NCBI GenBank assembly: GCA_963793305.1
Contig: CAWBZV010000006.1
Coordinates: forward strand, 1 to 64,000
DNA length: 64,000 bases
Reading direction: 5' to 3'
DNA from: an uncultured Gemmatimonadales bacterium
Lineage (GTDB): Bacteria; Gemmatimonadota; Gemmatimonadetes; Gemmatimonadales; Gemmatimonadaceae
A program made the position numbers and the translations under genes. Positions 39,998-49,777 of the stretch are shown here, in pieces. The first letter of the stretch is position 1, and each line of letters opens with the position of its first letter. The notes beneath the pieces were generated by a model. That model worked only from the letters and a program-made list of their open reading frames with translations. It ran no database searches and was not told the origin of the DNA.

Positions 39998-41168
39998 CTA
40001 CACGCGCTCGATGATCGTCGCCATCCCTTGGCCGACACCGACGCACATCGTAGCCAACGCATATCGCCCGCCAGTCGCCTCGAGCTCCCGCGCCGCGGTC
40101 AGTATGAGTCGGGCGCCGGACATCCCGAGCGGATGGCCCAACGCAATCGCGCCACCGTTCGGATTGACCCGCGGATCATTGTCGTCAAGTCCGAGGGTAC
40201 GAAGACAGGCGATCGATTGCGCCGCGAACGCCTCGTTGATCTCAATGACATTCATATCGTCGAGCGCCAGTCCAGCCTTGGTCAACGCCTGTCGCGTCGC
40301 CGGCACGGGGCCCATACCCATAGTCCGCGGCTCGACCCCGGCGACAGCCAATGCCACGATACGGGCGATCGGTCTCAGGCCGGATTTCTCAGAGGCGATC
40401 AGCAACGCGGCCGCCCCATCGTTGATGCCCGATGAGTTGCCGGCGGTAACGGACCCACCGGTGCGAAACGCCGGTCTCAGCTTCGCGAGCTTCTCGATGG
40501 TCGTATCGGGCCGCAAGAATTCATCCTGCTGCATCTCCCCAACGGCGGTGATCTCGACGTTGAACCGCCCGCGGCTGCGCGCGGTGGCGGCCTTCCCTTG
40601 CGTCACGCACGCAAACCGGTCTTGGTCTTCTCTCGCGATCCCGTGCTCAGTGGCCACATTTTCGGCCGTCTCGCCCATGGCGTCCACGCCGTACTGCTCC
40701 CGCATGCGCGGATTGACGAACCGCCACCCGATGCTGGTGTCGAAGAGCTGCGCATCCCGCGCGAATGCCTTGCCGCTCTTGGACAGGACATACGGCGCCC
40801 GCGTCATGCTCTCGACGCCGCCGGCGATGTACACATCCCCGTCCCCGAGCTGGACGGCCCGGGAGGCATTGATCACGGCGCTCATCCCGGATGCGCACAG
40901 GCGATTGACCGTCTCGCCCGGAACCGAAACGGGAAGGCCGGCCAGGAGGGCCGCCATCCGCGCAATGTTGCGGTTGTCCTCGCCCGCCTGGTTCGCGCAG
41001 CCGAGTACGACGTCGGCGATCCGGGCGCGGTCGAGATTCGGATGGCGCTCAAGCAGCCGCTGAATGACGAGCGCGGCCATGTCGTCGGGGCGCACCTCAC
41101 TCAGCGCACCGCCGAACGATCCGATCGGCGTCCGAACGCCATCTGATGATGAACGCTTGCTGACTCAC
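39998..41168 (-). CDS. paaJ: 3-oxoadipyl-CoA thiolase (PaaJ/PcaF); +1 frame break near 41144
   Basis: VSQQAFII|DGVRTPIG, GCANQAGEDNRN, NRLCASG, GHPLGMSG and CVGVGQG. Confidence 0.92.
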
Positions 41169-42316
41169 GTTGTAAACCGTCCTCCGTTCCGCACCATGCG
41201 CTTGAGCAACACGCTCGGCCGGTACCGATCCTCGCCGTATTCCGTCTGGAGCGCGACCAGCGCCTCGAGCACGTGGTCGAGGCCGCGCTCGTCTCCCCAG
41301 GCCAAAAGGCCCTTGGGGTAATTTACTCCCTTTGTCACGGCCAGATCGATGTCGGCCGGGCTTGCCACGCGCCAGTGGACCGCGTCGATGGCCTCGTTGA
41401 TCAGCATCGACAGAATGCGGTCGAAAACACGCTCGCCGACCTCGCGATCAATGAGCGGCTCCGGCTCCCGGGTGCCGCCGCGATAGTCGAAGAATCCCTG
41501 CTTCGTTTTGCGACCGAGCATCCCGGCGTCCACGAGGCGCTGCTGCGTCAGCGAGGGCCGGTAGCGAGGGTCGAAGCCAAGTGCCTCGAAGATGGAACGC
41601 GTGACCGCCAGGTTGATATCGAGCCCGATGAAGTCCATGAGCTCGAAGGGCCCCATACGAAACCCACCGAGCTCCCGCATGGCCGCATCGATGGTCGAAA
41701 AATCGGCGATCCCCTCGTCCGCGATTCTCAGCGCCTCCCCATAGAAGGGCCGCGCGACGCGATTGACGATAAAACCGGGCGTGTCGCTGGCGACCACGGT
41801 TGTTTTCTTCCACGAATCGACGAGCCTTTTCGTCTCGCCAGTCACGCTCGGCGCCGTGCCCAACCACGGCACAATCTCGACGAGTGGCAGGATGGGCGCG
41901 GGATTGAAGAAGTGGACGCCGAGCACGCGCTCCGGGTGCGTGGCGGCCGATGCGATCGCCGCGATCGACAGCGACGAGGTATTCGTGGCCAGCACGCAGT
42001 CGTCCGCGACGATGCCGCTCAGCGCGCGAAAGGCGTCGTGTTTCGCCCCGATCCGCTCGACAATGGCTTCGATGACCAGTCCCGATGGACTCAGCGCGTC
42101 GAGGCGGTCCGTCGTCTCCAACGCGTAGGCGGTCGCTTCTGGTCCCGCACGACCCTTCTCGACCTCGCGCTGGATAGCGTGCCGCATGTTGGTCTTGGCC
42201 CGCTCCAGCGCGCCATGATCGTTATCAACGAGGATGACGGGATGGCCGTGCATCAGCGCGACCTGCGCAATCCCCGTCCCCATGGCGCCAGCGCCGAGCA
42301 CGCCAACGATCTGCAT
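41165..42316 (-). CDS. paaH: 3-hydroxyacyl-CoA dehydrogenase PaaH
   Basis: GAGAMGTGIA, TNTSSLS, HFFNPAP and PGFIVNRVARPFYGEA. Confidence 0.92.
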   Translation of the reverse strand: MQIVGVLGAGAMGTGIAQVALMHGHPVILVDNDHGALERAKTNMRHAIQREVEKGRAGPEATAYALETTDRLDALSPSGLVIEAIVERIGAKHDAFRALSGIVADDCVLATNTSSLSIAAIASAATHPERVLGVHFFNPAPILPLVEIVPWLGTAPSVTGETKRLVDSWKKTTVVASDTPGFIVNRVARPFYGEALRIADEGIADFSTIDAAMRELGGFRMGPFELMDFIGLDINLAVTRSIFEALGFDPRYRPSLTQQRLVDAGMLGRKTKQGFFDYRGGTREPEPLIDREVGERVFDRILSMLINEAIDAVHWRVASPADIDLAVTKGVNYPKGLLAWGDERGLDHVLEALVALQTEYGEDRYRPSVLLKRMVRNGGRFTT

Positions 42317-42322
42317 GCGCCG

Positions 42323-43111
42323 CTATCGCCCGCTGAACGTAGGGACGCGCTTCTCCTGGAAGGCCTTCACGCCTTCTTTGTAATCCGCGGTCTTCGCCGC
42401 CAGCCGCTGCAGCTCGGCCTCGAGCTTGAGCTGCTCCTCGAGGCTGTTCGTCATCGACTCGTTGAGCGCCCGCTTGATGAACCCGAGGGCCCGCGTCGGC
42501 TGCGTGGCGAGCTCGCGCGCGAGACCGCTCGCGGTCTCCATGAGCGCCGCCGCAGGTGCCACGTCGTGGATCATGCCCCACTCTTTCGCTTGCGCCGCCG
42601 GAACTTTCCCGCCGAGCATGGCCATACTGGTCGCGCGTGCGAGGCCCACCAGACGCGGCAGGAAGAACGTACCGCCGGTATCCGGCACCAAGCCGATTTT
42701 GACAAACGCCTGGATGAATGAGGCGTTATCCGCCGCGATGACGATATCGCACGCCAACGCGAGATTCGCTCCGGCGCCAGCCGCCACACCGTTCACAGCC
42801 GCGACCACGGGCTTTTCAAGTCGGCGCACCGCCAGAATGAGCGCATTGTAGCCACGGACGATCTCGCCGAAATCCGGTGGGGTCGTCCCAGCAGGCGGCG
42901 CCGCCTCGGCGAGATCCTGACCCGCACAAAACGCACGGCCCGCCCCAGTCAGCAGGACCGCGCGAACCGAGTCATCGGTCCCGGCGCTCTCGAAGGCGTC
43001 CCGCAACTCGCCCTGCATCCGGCGGTTGCAGCTGTTCAGCACCTCGGGGCGGTTCATGGTGACCGTCAGGACGCCGGCCTCCACACCGCGCAGCACGTGC
43101 TGGTATTCCAT
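42323..43111 (-). CDS. paaG: Ring-1,2-epoxyphenylacetyl-CoA isomerase PaaG (crotonase fold)
   Basis: GRAFCAGQDL, VNGVAAGAGANLALACD and IGLVPDTGG. Confidence 0.9.
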   Translation of the reverse strand: MEYQHVLRGVEAGVLTVTMNRPEVLNSCNRRMQGELRDAFESAGTDDSVRAVLLTGAGRAFCAGQDLAEAAPPAGTTPPDFGEIVRGYNALILAVRRLEKPVVAAVNGVAAGAGANLALACDIVIAADNASFIQAFVKIGLVPDTGGTFFLPRLVGLARATSMAMLGGKVPAAQAKEWGMIHDVAPAAALMETASGLARELATQPTRALGFIKRALNESMTNSLEEQLKLEAELQRLAAKTADYKEGVKAFQEKRVPTFSGR

Positions 43112-43139
43112 GGCCCCAAAACTATCGGGGCCATGGAAT
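43105..43139. promoter_or_regulatory. Perfect 13-bp inverted repeat spanning the paaG start codon
   Basis: ATTCCATGGCCCC-N9-GGGGCCATGGAAT; the minus-strand loop contains TAGTTT 7 nt before the ATG. Confidence 0.6.
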
Positions 43140-43148
43140 TCCCCGCCA

Positions 43149-44442
43149 CTACTTAGCTGAGATCTGGAGGTAGCCGTGCTTCGCGAGCAAAGCGGCCGAG
43201 CTGACTGACGGGCCGAGCTTGACGCGCTGCGCCATCGCGGCACCGGTCGGATTCGTGAAGAGATCCGCGCCGAACACCGGCAAGCCAGCCGCACCGGCAA
43301 AACCGAGCTGGTGCTGACCGAACTTCTGCAGGTTGGAAGATGTCGAACACGCTCGCCAGCAGCGAATAGTGGTTGTACTGCGTGTCGTCGAAGCCACCAG
43401 GTGTGATGAACTTCGAGATCGCCACGGCGCCGACATCGCCACCACCGGGGCCGCCACCATCACCGGTGCCACCAGGGAACGCCTCGTTCGGGCCCGGCTG
43501 CTCGCCGCAGCACGCGACGGAACGGTTCGAGCCTTCGGATTCATCCGAGATGATCAAGACAAGACCGTCTTGCTTGTACGCCGGCGAGTTCAGGATCACC
43601 GGCATCCATTCCTTGAGCCACAGGTTCGCCGAAACCAGACCGCCGGGCTCACCCGTGATGCACGGCGAGTCGTGTCCGTCGTGGCAGACGTTCGGCGTGA
43701 TCCAGACGTAGTTCGGGGTCGTGGCGACGGACTGCAGGTCTTGCTGCAACGGGTTGAGCGAGACGACGTTGTTGCACTCCGCGCCATCGATGATCGAGTG
43801 GAACCACACGAACGGGTTGTGGCGCGCGGCGTACTGATCCTCCGGCGTCTCGTTGTTCGTGATGTCGACGGTGCCGATCGGCACGTGACCGCAGACGCTG
43901 GCCTCGCGCGACGGGTTGTTGCCCATGTCTTCCATGTACGCCTTCCACGTCAGGTGCGCCGCGTTCATCTGCTGCCCGATCGTCCACACGTCGTGCGGAT
44001 AAATGCAGCCTTCGCCGGCAATCTGGCCGTTCGGCCCCCAGCCGCCGTTCGGGCCGCGGGTTACGAAGTTCGAGTAAATGTCGCAGTCGGCCGAGGTCGA
44101 GCTGTCGGGCGCCTGGCCGCTGACGGCGGCGGTGTAGTTGTCGAGGCTGGCGTGCCCAATGCCGTAGTACTGGCTCATGAACGTACCCATCGGGGCCAGC
44201 GTGTCGATCAGGTACGTCGCCGGCGAGTTCGGGCCATAGGTCGCCAGCACATCTTCGTTCTCCAGAATCACGATAAACACGTGCCCGATCTTCGGCAGGC
44301 CGGTCGTCGCGACCGCCGTCGGTGCCACTGCCGCCTCGCGCGGCGCGGTCGCCATGGAATTCGGGCTGTCACTACATGCAACACTGACGAGAGCAGCGGT
44401 CAAACTCACGGCCGCCGCGGTCAAACGGTACTTATTTCCCAT
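43149..44442 (-). CDS. Phosphoesterase (AcpA/phospholipase C-like) lipoprotein; +1 frame break near 43335
   Basis: LVSVAC lipobox; HVFIVILEN, HASLDNY, YAARHNPF, PNVCHDGHD and YNHYSLL. Confidence 0.85.
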
Positions 44443-44521
44443 CGAACACTCCTAGTATACGGGTCGCCGATTGATGCGCGACCGACGCTGCGACTGCGCG
44501 TCTACCCGATAACAGGAGCGT

Positions 44522-44722
44522 CTAAGTTGCGTCTCGCTTGCGTCTAGCCAACCAGAGCATTGCCAAGCCAAAGAGGAGCATGAACGTGCCCCACCATTCA
44601 TTGACGTTGACACCGAGCGACTTGGCGTAGAGTTGGCTATCGGAGTTGGTCGCAAGCCCGAACCCCACGATCAAGAATCCCACAATGGTGAGCAACCCAC
44701 CGATCGGAAGTCGCACGTCCAT
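44522..44722 (-). CDS. Small two-TM membrane protein
   Basis: MDVRLPIGGLLTIVG...SLGVNVNEWWG...; starts 2 nt after the GH30 stop. Confidence 0.7.
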   Translation of the reverse strand: MDVRLPIGGLLTIVGFLIVGFGLATNSDSQLYAKSLGVNVNEWWGTFMLLFGLAMLWLARRKRDAT

Positions 44723-44724
44723 GG

Positions 44725-46152
44725 TTACTTCCAGATGAAAGTGACAACGGAGTTACTCGGCAGCGTGTACTGCGCGCTCGCTTGCTTCCACTGCAGTGAA
44801 AACGTGCTGGCCTGAGTGCTCCCATTCAAGACGATGGCGACGATCGACTGGTCGTCACTGTTCTGAAACGCGACGCTGGACAGTCCCCCCAGGCCGGACG
44901 AGGTCGCAATACGATACGCTCCGGGCCGCACGAACTTGCTCGCGTGCGCCAGCGCGTAGTACTCGACATTGCGTGTGATGGCGCCCGTCGTCGAGTTGAT
45001 CGTCACGACACCGCGACAATTCGTGCACCCGCCGGTATGCGGCCCGTCGTGCTCGTCGAGCGCCAGATTCCACAGCGCCACGCTCCGCGCCCAGTTCTGG
45101 GTCGTGCCAATGATCAACGTGCCGACGAAGTAGGTAATGTTCGAGCCGAAGTCCGGCGCCCAATCGCCACCGGAGCATTCGGTGAAATACGTATCTTTCG
45201 CCGGATACGCCTGGTGCACCGTGCCTTGCGCTGACACGTTGCCCTTGTAGCAATGCCATGCGACCCCTTGCACGTACTTCGACGCGAGCGTGTCGGCGAA
45301 CACGGTCTCGGGCTCCTGCGGCAGATCCCAGTTGTGATCCCAGTCCCAGATCATGGTCTTGACGCCGAGCCGCGCAAATAATGGCCCGACGTACTGGCCA
45401 TCCAGCTCGGCCCGCGTCACCGGATCCAACAACATCCCGGGGTAATCCGGCGGCTCATACTGCGGCTCATTCTGGAGTGATATCGCGTCGATCGTCACGC
45501 CCGCCGCCGCGTAGGCCTGGATGAACTTGACGAAGTATCCCGCGAACGCGCTATAGGCCTCGGGCTTGAGCGTTCCGCCGATCATGCTCCCCAACGTCTT
45601 CATCCACCCGGGCGGGCTCCACGGGTTGGCCATGAGCACGAGCTGTGGGTTGATGGCCACGGCCCGCTGAATCACCGGTAACTTGTACACGAGGTCGGGC
45701 GCGATCGAGAAATGCGCTAGCGTCGTATCGGCTGATCCGTCATCATAACTGTAATCGACCAGCGAAAAATCGGACGCCCCCATGGGGATACGCATGAAAC
45801 TCAGCCCCAGGCCGCCGTTGGTGCGGGAAAACAACTCCTGCAACAGCGACTCGCGCTGACTGGCCGAAAGCTTTTCGTAGATGTTATACGTCGCCGCATC
45901 GGTGAACGCCGCGCCGAATCCGATCATCTGCTGATACTTGGTGGTCGCATCGACGCTGATCACCGGCACGGAGCTTGTTGGTTGCCCTGACGCGAGCGCG
46001 GTGTTCGGCTCATGGCTCAAGAGCTTGGTCTGATCACCGGTCGTGAGCCACGTTTGCACGGTCGTCGATGGACCGGTGGTCGGCGCGGTCGACGGTCCGG
46101 CGCCGCTCGACCCGCATGCCGCGAGCGCCAGCGACACTACCAGTAATCGCAT
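44725..46152 (-). CDS. Glycoside hydrolase family 30 lipoprotein (likely endo-beta-1,6-glucanase type)
   Basis: LAAC lipobox; GASDFS, PWSPPGWMK, QNEP (acid/base), FTEC (nucleophile) and WNLALD. Confidence 0.9.
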   Translation of the reverse strand: MRLLVVSLALAACGSSGAGPSTAPTTGPSTTVQTWLTTGDQTKLLSHEPNTALASGQPTSSVPVISVDATTKYQQMIGFGAAFTDAATYNIYEKLSASQRESLLQELFSRTNGGLGLSFMRIPMGASDFSLVDYSYDDGSADTTLAHFSIAPDLVYKLPVIQRAVAINPQLVLMANPWSPPGWMKTLGSMIGGTLKPEAYSAFAGYFVKFIQAYAAAGVTIDAISLQNEPQYEPPDYPGMLLDPVTRAELDGQYVGPLFARLGVKTMIWDWDHNWDLPQEPETVFADTLASKYVQGVAWHCYKGNVSAQGTVHQAYPAKDTYFTECSGGDWAPDFGSNITYFVGTLIIGTTQNWARSVALWNLALDEHDGPHTGGCTNCRGVVTINSTTGAITRNVEYYALAHASKFVRPGAYRIATSSGLGGLSSVAFQNSDDQSIVAIVLNGSTQASTFSLQWKQASAQYTLPSNSVVTFIWK

Positions 46153-48272
46153 TATCGCACCGTGAAGCGAGCGCTGAGCGAACCGACCAGCGCGTCATAC
46201 GGGCCCGGCTCGACCCGCGGTTTATTGTCGCGGCCAATGAACGCGAGCCGAGACTTTGGAAACATCCAGGTCAGGGTCTGCTTCTCTCCAGCGCCCAACG
46301 CCACACGCCGAAACTCACGGAGTTTCTTCACGGGCGGCGCGATAGACGCGTAGAGCTCTCTCGTATACAACTCGACAACGTCCACACCGGGCCGCTGGCC
46401 CGTATTCGTGACCGTGACGGACACCCGAATCGTATCTCCGGCGGTCACCGTCAGGTCGCTGTAGGCGAACGTCGTGTACGAGAGACCATACCCGAACTCC
46501 CATTCCGGGTTGTAGCCCGCTGGAAGCGCCTCTTCCGCGAAGGCGTGGTCGTAATGCACGAGCGCGCCGGTCGCTCGGGGCCACGTGAACGGGAGCCTGC
46601 CGCTCGGGTTAACGTCGCCGAACAGCACGCCGGCCAGTGCCTCTCCACCGAATGGGCCGGGTTGATACCCGGTGACAATCGCGCGGGCGCTATCGACAAT
46701 CGCGCGAACAATCCGTGGGCGCTGATGGAAAATTGTCAGCACGACCGGCGTACCGGTCGCCTCAATCGCTTTCGCCAGCTGAAGCTGATCCTCAGGCATC
46801 GTCAGATCATCGATGTCGCCCGGCTTCTCCACTGCTGGCGGCTCGGCCAGACATACGATAGCGACGTCCGCATTGCGCGCCGCGTCGACCGCGGCCGCTC
46901 CGGCAACGTATGTGGCGTTCGGCGCCCGCTTACGAATCGCGTCCAGCAGGGTCGCCACGTTCTTCGGATACATCGCCGTGTCAGTGCCCTGCCACGTGAA
47001 CGTCCACGACCCATACTGATCGACCAGCGACGTCGCCCCGGGTCCGGTCACGAGCACCCGCGCCGTTTTCGCCAACGGCAGCATCCCGCCCTGATTCTTG
47101 AGCAAGGTCACGGCTTCTTCGGCCGCCTGACGACTGACGGCGAGCGATTGCGCCGAGCCGACCTGGGCGAGCATCGCGGTGTCCGGCCCGGCGTTCTTGA
47201 ACAGGCCGAGCGCATACTTGAGCTTCAGGATGCGGCGCACCGACTCATCGATCCGCGAGACGGGAATCGACCCCTCTTTCACCAGTGCGAGCAAGTCGTC
47301 GTAGAACGACACATTCTCCGGGACCATGCTCATGTCGATGCCGGCCATCACGGCCATACGCACCGCGTCCTTCGGCGTTGGCGCGACATGGTGGACCGTG
47401 TTGAGCCGGATGATATCCTCCCAATCGCTCACCGCCACTCCGGTGAACCCCAAGTCGCGTCTCAGGAGATCCGTCAGGATCTCGTGACTCGCATGCACGG
47501 GGACCCCGTTGATATCCCCGGAGTTGATCATGACGGTCTCGAGCCCCGCATGGATGGCCGCGGCAAACGGCGGCACAAAGTACTCTCGCAGTTCCCGATC
47601 GGGGATCCAGGCGGTTGTCCGATCCTTGCCACTCAGCGGATCGCTGTACCCGAGAAAATGCTTCCCGGTGGCCGCGACATACCGTTGCTCGGCCCGGATG
47701 GCGGTGGCGCCGATCGTAGAGACGAGATAGGGATCTTCCCCGAAGGTCTCGAAGAATCGGGACCACAGGGGCTGACGCGCCACGTCGAGCACCGGCGCAA
47801 AGTTCCAGAAAATCCCACTCGCCCGGGTCTCATACCCGGTGATCTCGTGCTCTTGCCGCACGAGCGCCGTATCCCACGTCGCGGCCATCGCGATGTTTTG
47901 CGGAAAGACCGTCGCGCCGACCATATAGTGATGCCCATGCACGGCGTCGATCCCGTAGATGATCGGGATCTTGAGGCGCGTGCGGGAGGCCGCCCGTTGG
48001 ACGGCCCCGATGACCGCTTGCCATTTTTGTGGAGAGAGCGCGACGTCCCACACGTTGAGCAACGAGCCCACGTGATGGGCGAGAATCGCGTCGGCGAGCT
48101 TCGCGGAATCGAGCTGCTGCTCGACCGAAGCCGTCCCATGAACACTGGAGACGGCTTCGATCGTCAGCTGCGTCATTTGCCCGACTTTCTCTTCTATTGT
48201 CATGCGCTGCAGGAGCCGCTCCACCGGCGGCTGCGAGAGGGCCAGCGCCAACAGGACCAGCTTTACTGCCAT
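46152..48272 (-). CDS. Glycoside hydrolase family 3 beta-glucosidase
   Basis: MTIEEKVGQM, GIDAVHG, ETFGEDPY, KHF, VSDW and FGYGLSYTTF. Confidence 0.94.
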   Translation of the reverse strand: MAVKLVLLALALSQPPVERLLQRMTIEEKVGQMTQLTIEAVSSVHGTASVEQQLDSAKLADAILAHHVGSLLNVWDVALSPQKWQAVIGAVQRAASRTRLKIPIIYGIDAVHGHHYMVGATVFPQNIAMAATWDTALVRQEHEITGYETRASGIFWNFAPVLDVARQPLWSRFFETFGEDPYLVSTIGATAIRAEQRYVAATGKHFLGYSDPLSGKDRTTAWIPDRELREYFVPPFAAAIHAGLETVMINSGDINGVPVHASHEILTDLLRRDLGFTGVAVSDWEDIIRLNTVHHVAPTPKDAVRMAVMAGIDMSMVPENVSFYDDLLALVKEGSIPVSRIDESVRRILKLKYALGLFKNAGPDTAMLAQVGSAQSLAVSRQAAEEAVTLLKNQGGMLPLAKTARVLVTGPGATSLVDQYGSWTFTWQGTDTAMYPKNVATLLDAIRKRAPNATYVAGAAAVDAARNADVAIVCLAEPPAVEKPGDIDDLTMPEDQLQLAKAIEATGTPVVLTIFHQRPRIVRAIVDSARAIVTGYQPGPFGGEALAGVLFGDVNPSGRLPFTWPRATGALVHYDHAFAEEALPAGYNPEWEFGYGLSYTTFAYSDLTVTAGDTIRVSVTVTNTGQRPGVDVVELYTRELYASIAPPVKKLREFRRVALGAGEKQTLTWMFPKSRLAFIGRDNKPRVEPGPYDALVGSLSARFTVR

Positions 48273-49774
48273 CCGGCGTTTTGCGTCAGAGCAGGATCGC
48301 TGTTGATCTCCACCTGCGGAATGGGATAGATAGTCGACGTCACGCCGTGCACGGCCTTGAACTCGTTCGGGTAGATCGTGAGGATCTCGGCCTGTTTCGC
48401 CCGCAGCGACTGGTCGAGAATGCCCCAGCGCGAGAGATCGAACCACCGCTGCCCTTCGTAGATGAACTCCTTCCGCCGCTCGACGCGGAGCGTGTCCATG
48501 AAGTCGGCGCTCGCGGCGCTTGACGAAGCAAGCGAGTCGCCGCGGAGACGCACCTGGTCAAGAGCCGACACCGCGCTTCCGGCCGTCACCGTTCCACCGT
48601 TGGCCACCGCTTCCGCGTATATCAAGAGCACATCGGCGTAGCGCAGAATGGGCTGAAAGTTCGGCTGCTGCTCCCAGGAGCGGTGCTCCATGTTCTGCGC
48701 GTCCGACTCGTCGAGCGGCTTGTGCAGCGCCGGGGCGGGCGGCGAGATGAACGTGACGACCGTGCCCGAGTCGGGGCCGTGCCGGATGGTGTAGGGCGAG
48801 ATCATGAAGCTCGCGCCGTTCCCGCGCGTATCCGTGGCGGAGAACGAGTTGACAAGCGACGGCAGCACGAACTCCAGACCGTACGCATCGCCGCCGGGGA
48901 ACCCACTCGGCAGACCAAACAGCAGGGCGATACTGCCGACCACTCCGGTCACGGTTTCCGGCGAACCGAAATTCACCGAAAAAATGTTCTCCGGATTCGA
49001 GTTCTGTTTGGAGATCGAGAAATTGTCGTTGTAGACCTTGTTGAGCGAGTACGTGTGCGAGTTGATCACTTGGCCGGCATACTTCGCGGCATTGTTCCAA
49101 TCGCCCAGGTACAGGTAGACCTTGGCCAGCAGCGACGTCGCGGCGCCGGACGTCGCCCGACCCACATCGGCGGGGTTGGTGTAGCTCGCCGGCAGCGATG
49201 TCGAGGCCGCCTGGAGGTCGCTCTCAATGAGCGCGTAGATCTGCGCCTTCGCCGTCCGCGGCAACTGGGCGTTCTTGGCGTTGGTGATTTGCGACGTGAC
49301 CAGCGGGACATCGCCGAACATGTTCACGAGCATGAAGTACGACAGCGCGCGAATGAACTTGGCCTCGCCAATGACGCGCGCCCGGAGCGTCGGGTCCATC
49401 TGGATCCCCGGCACCAGCTGGATCACGATGTTGGCCCGGTTGATCGTGATGTACGCGTTGCTCCACTGGTTGTCGAGCGTCCACAGCGTCTTGTCGAACG
49501 TGTAGTCGGCGAGCTGGTGTCCGTCCGAGCCGAACGAGGGGTCGGCCATGAGGTCGTCGCCGGAGATGTCGCCGATGTAGAAGTAGTAGAGGTACGTGTA
49601 CGGCATCTGGGCGTACGCGGCGTTGACGGCCGAGACCGCGTCAGATGACGATTTGTAGAAGTTGTCGGGGGTCAGGACGTTGGTCGGGCTCGGATCGAGG
49701 AACTTGTTGCAGGACGTTCCCACGATCGCGGCGCCGATCACGCATCCGAGGAGCGGCAGGAGTCGTTTGCGCAT
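48263..49774 (-). CDS. SusD/RagB-family nutrient-binding lipoprotein
   Basis: Lipobox (GTSC); GEAKFIRA, LRYADVLL, ERRKEFIYEGQRWFDL and QNAGW. Confidence 0.93.
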   Translation of the reverse strand: MRKRLLPLLGCVIGAAIVGTSCNKFLDPSPTNVLTPDNFYKSSSDAVSAVNAAYAQMPYTYLYYFYIGDISGDDLMADPSFGSDGHQLADYTFDKTLWTLDNQWSNAYITINRANIVIQLVPGIQMDPTLRARVIGEAKFIRALSYFMLVNMFGDVPLVTSQITNAKNAQLPRTAKAQIYALIESDLQAASTSLPASYTNPADVGRATSGAATSLLAKVYLYLGDWNNAAKYAGQVINSHTYSLNKVYNDNFSISKQNSNPENIFSVNFGSPETVTGVVGSIALLFGLPSGFPGGDAYGLEFVLPSLVNSFSATDTRGNGASFMISPYTIRHGPDSGTVVTFISPPAPALHKPLDESDAQNMEHRSWEQQPNFQPILRYADVLLIYAEAVANGGTVTAGSAVSALDQVRLRGDSLASSSAASADFMDTLRVERRKEFIYEGQRWFDLSRWGILDQSLRAKQAEILTIYPNEFKAVHGVTSTIYPIPQVEINSDPALTQNAGWQ

Positions 49775-49777
49775 GAT

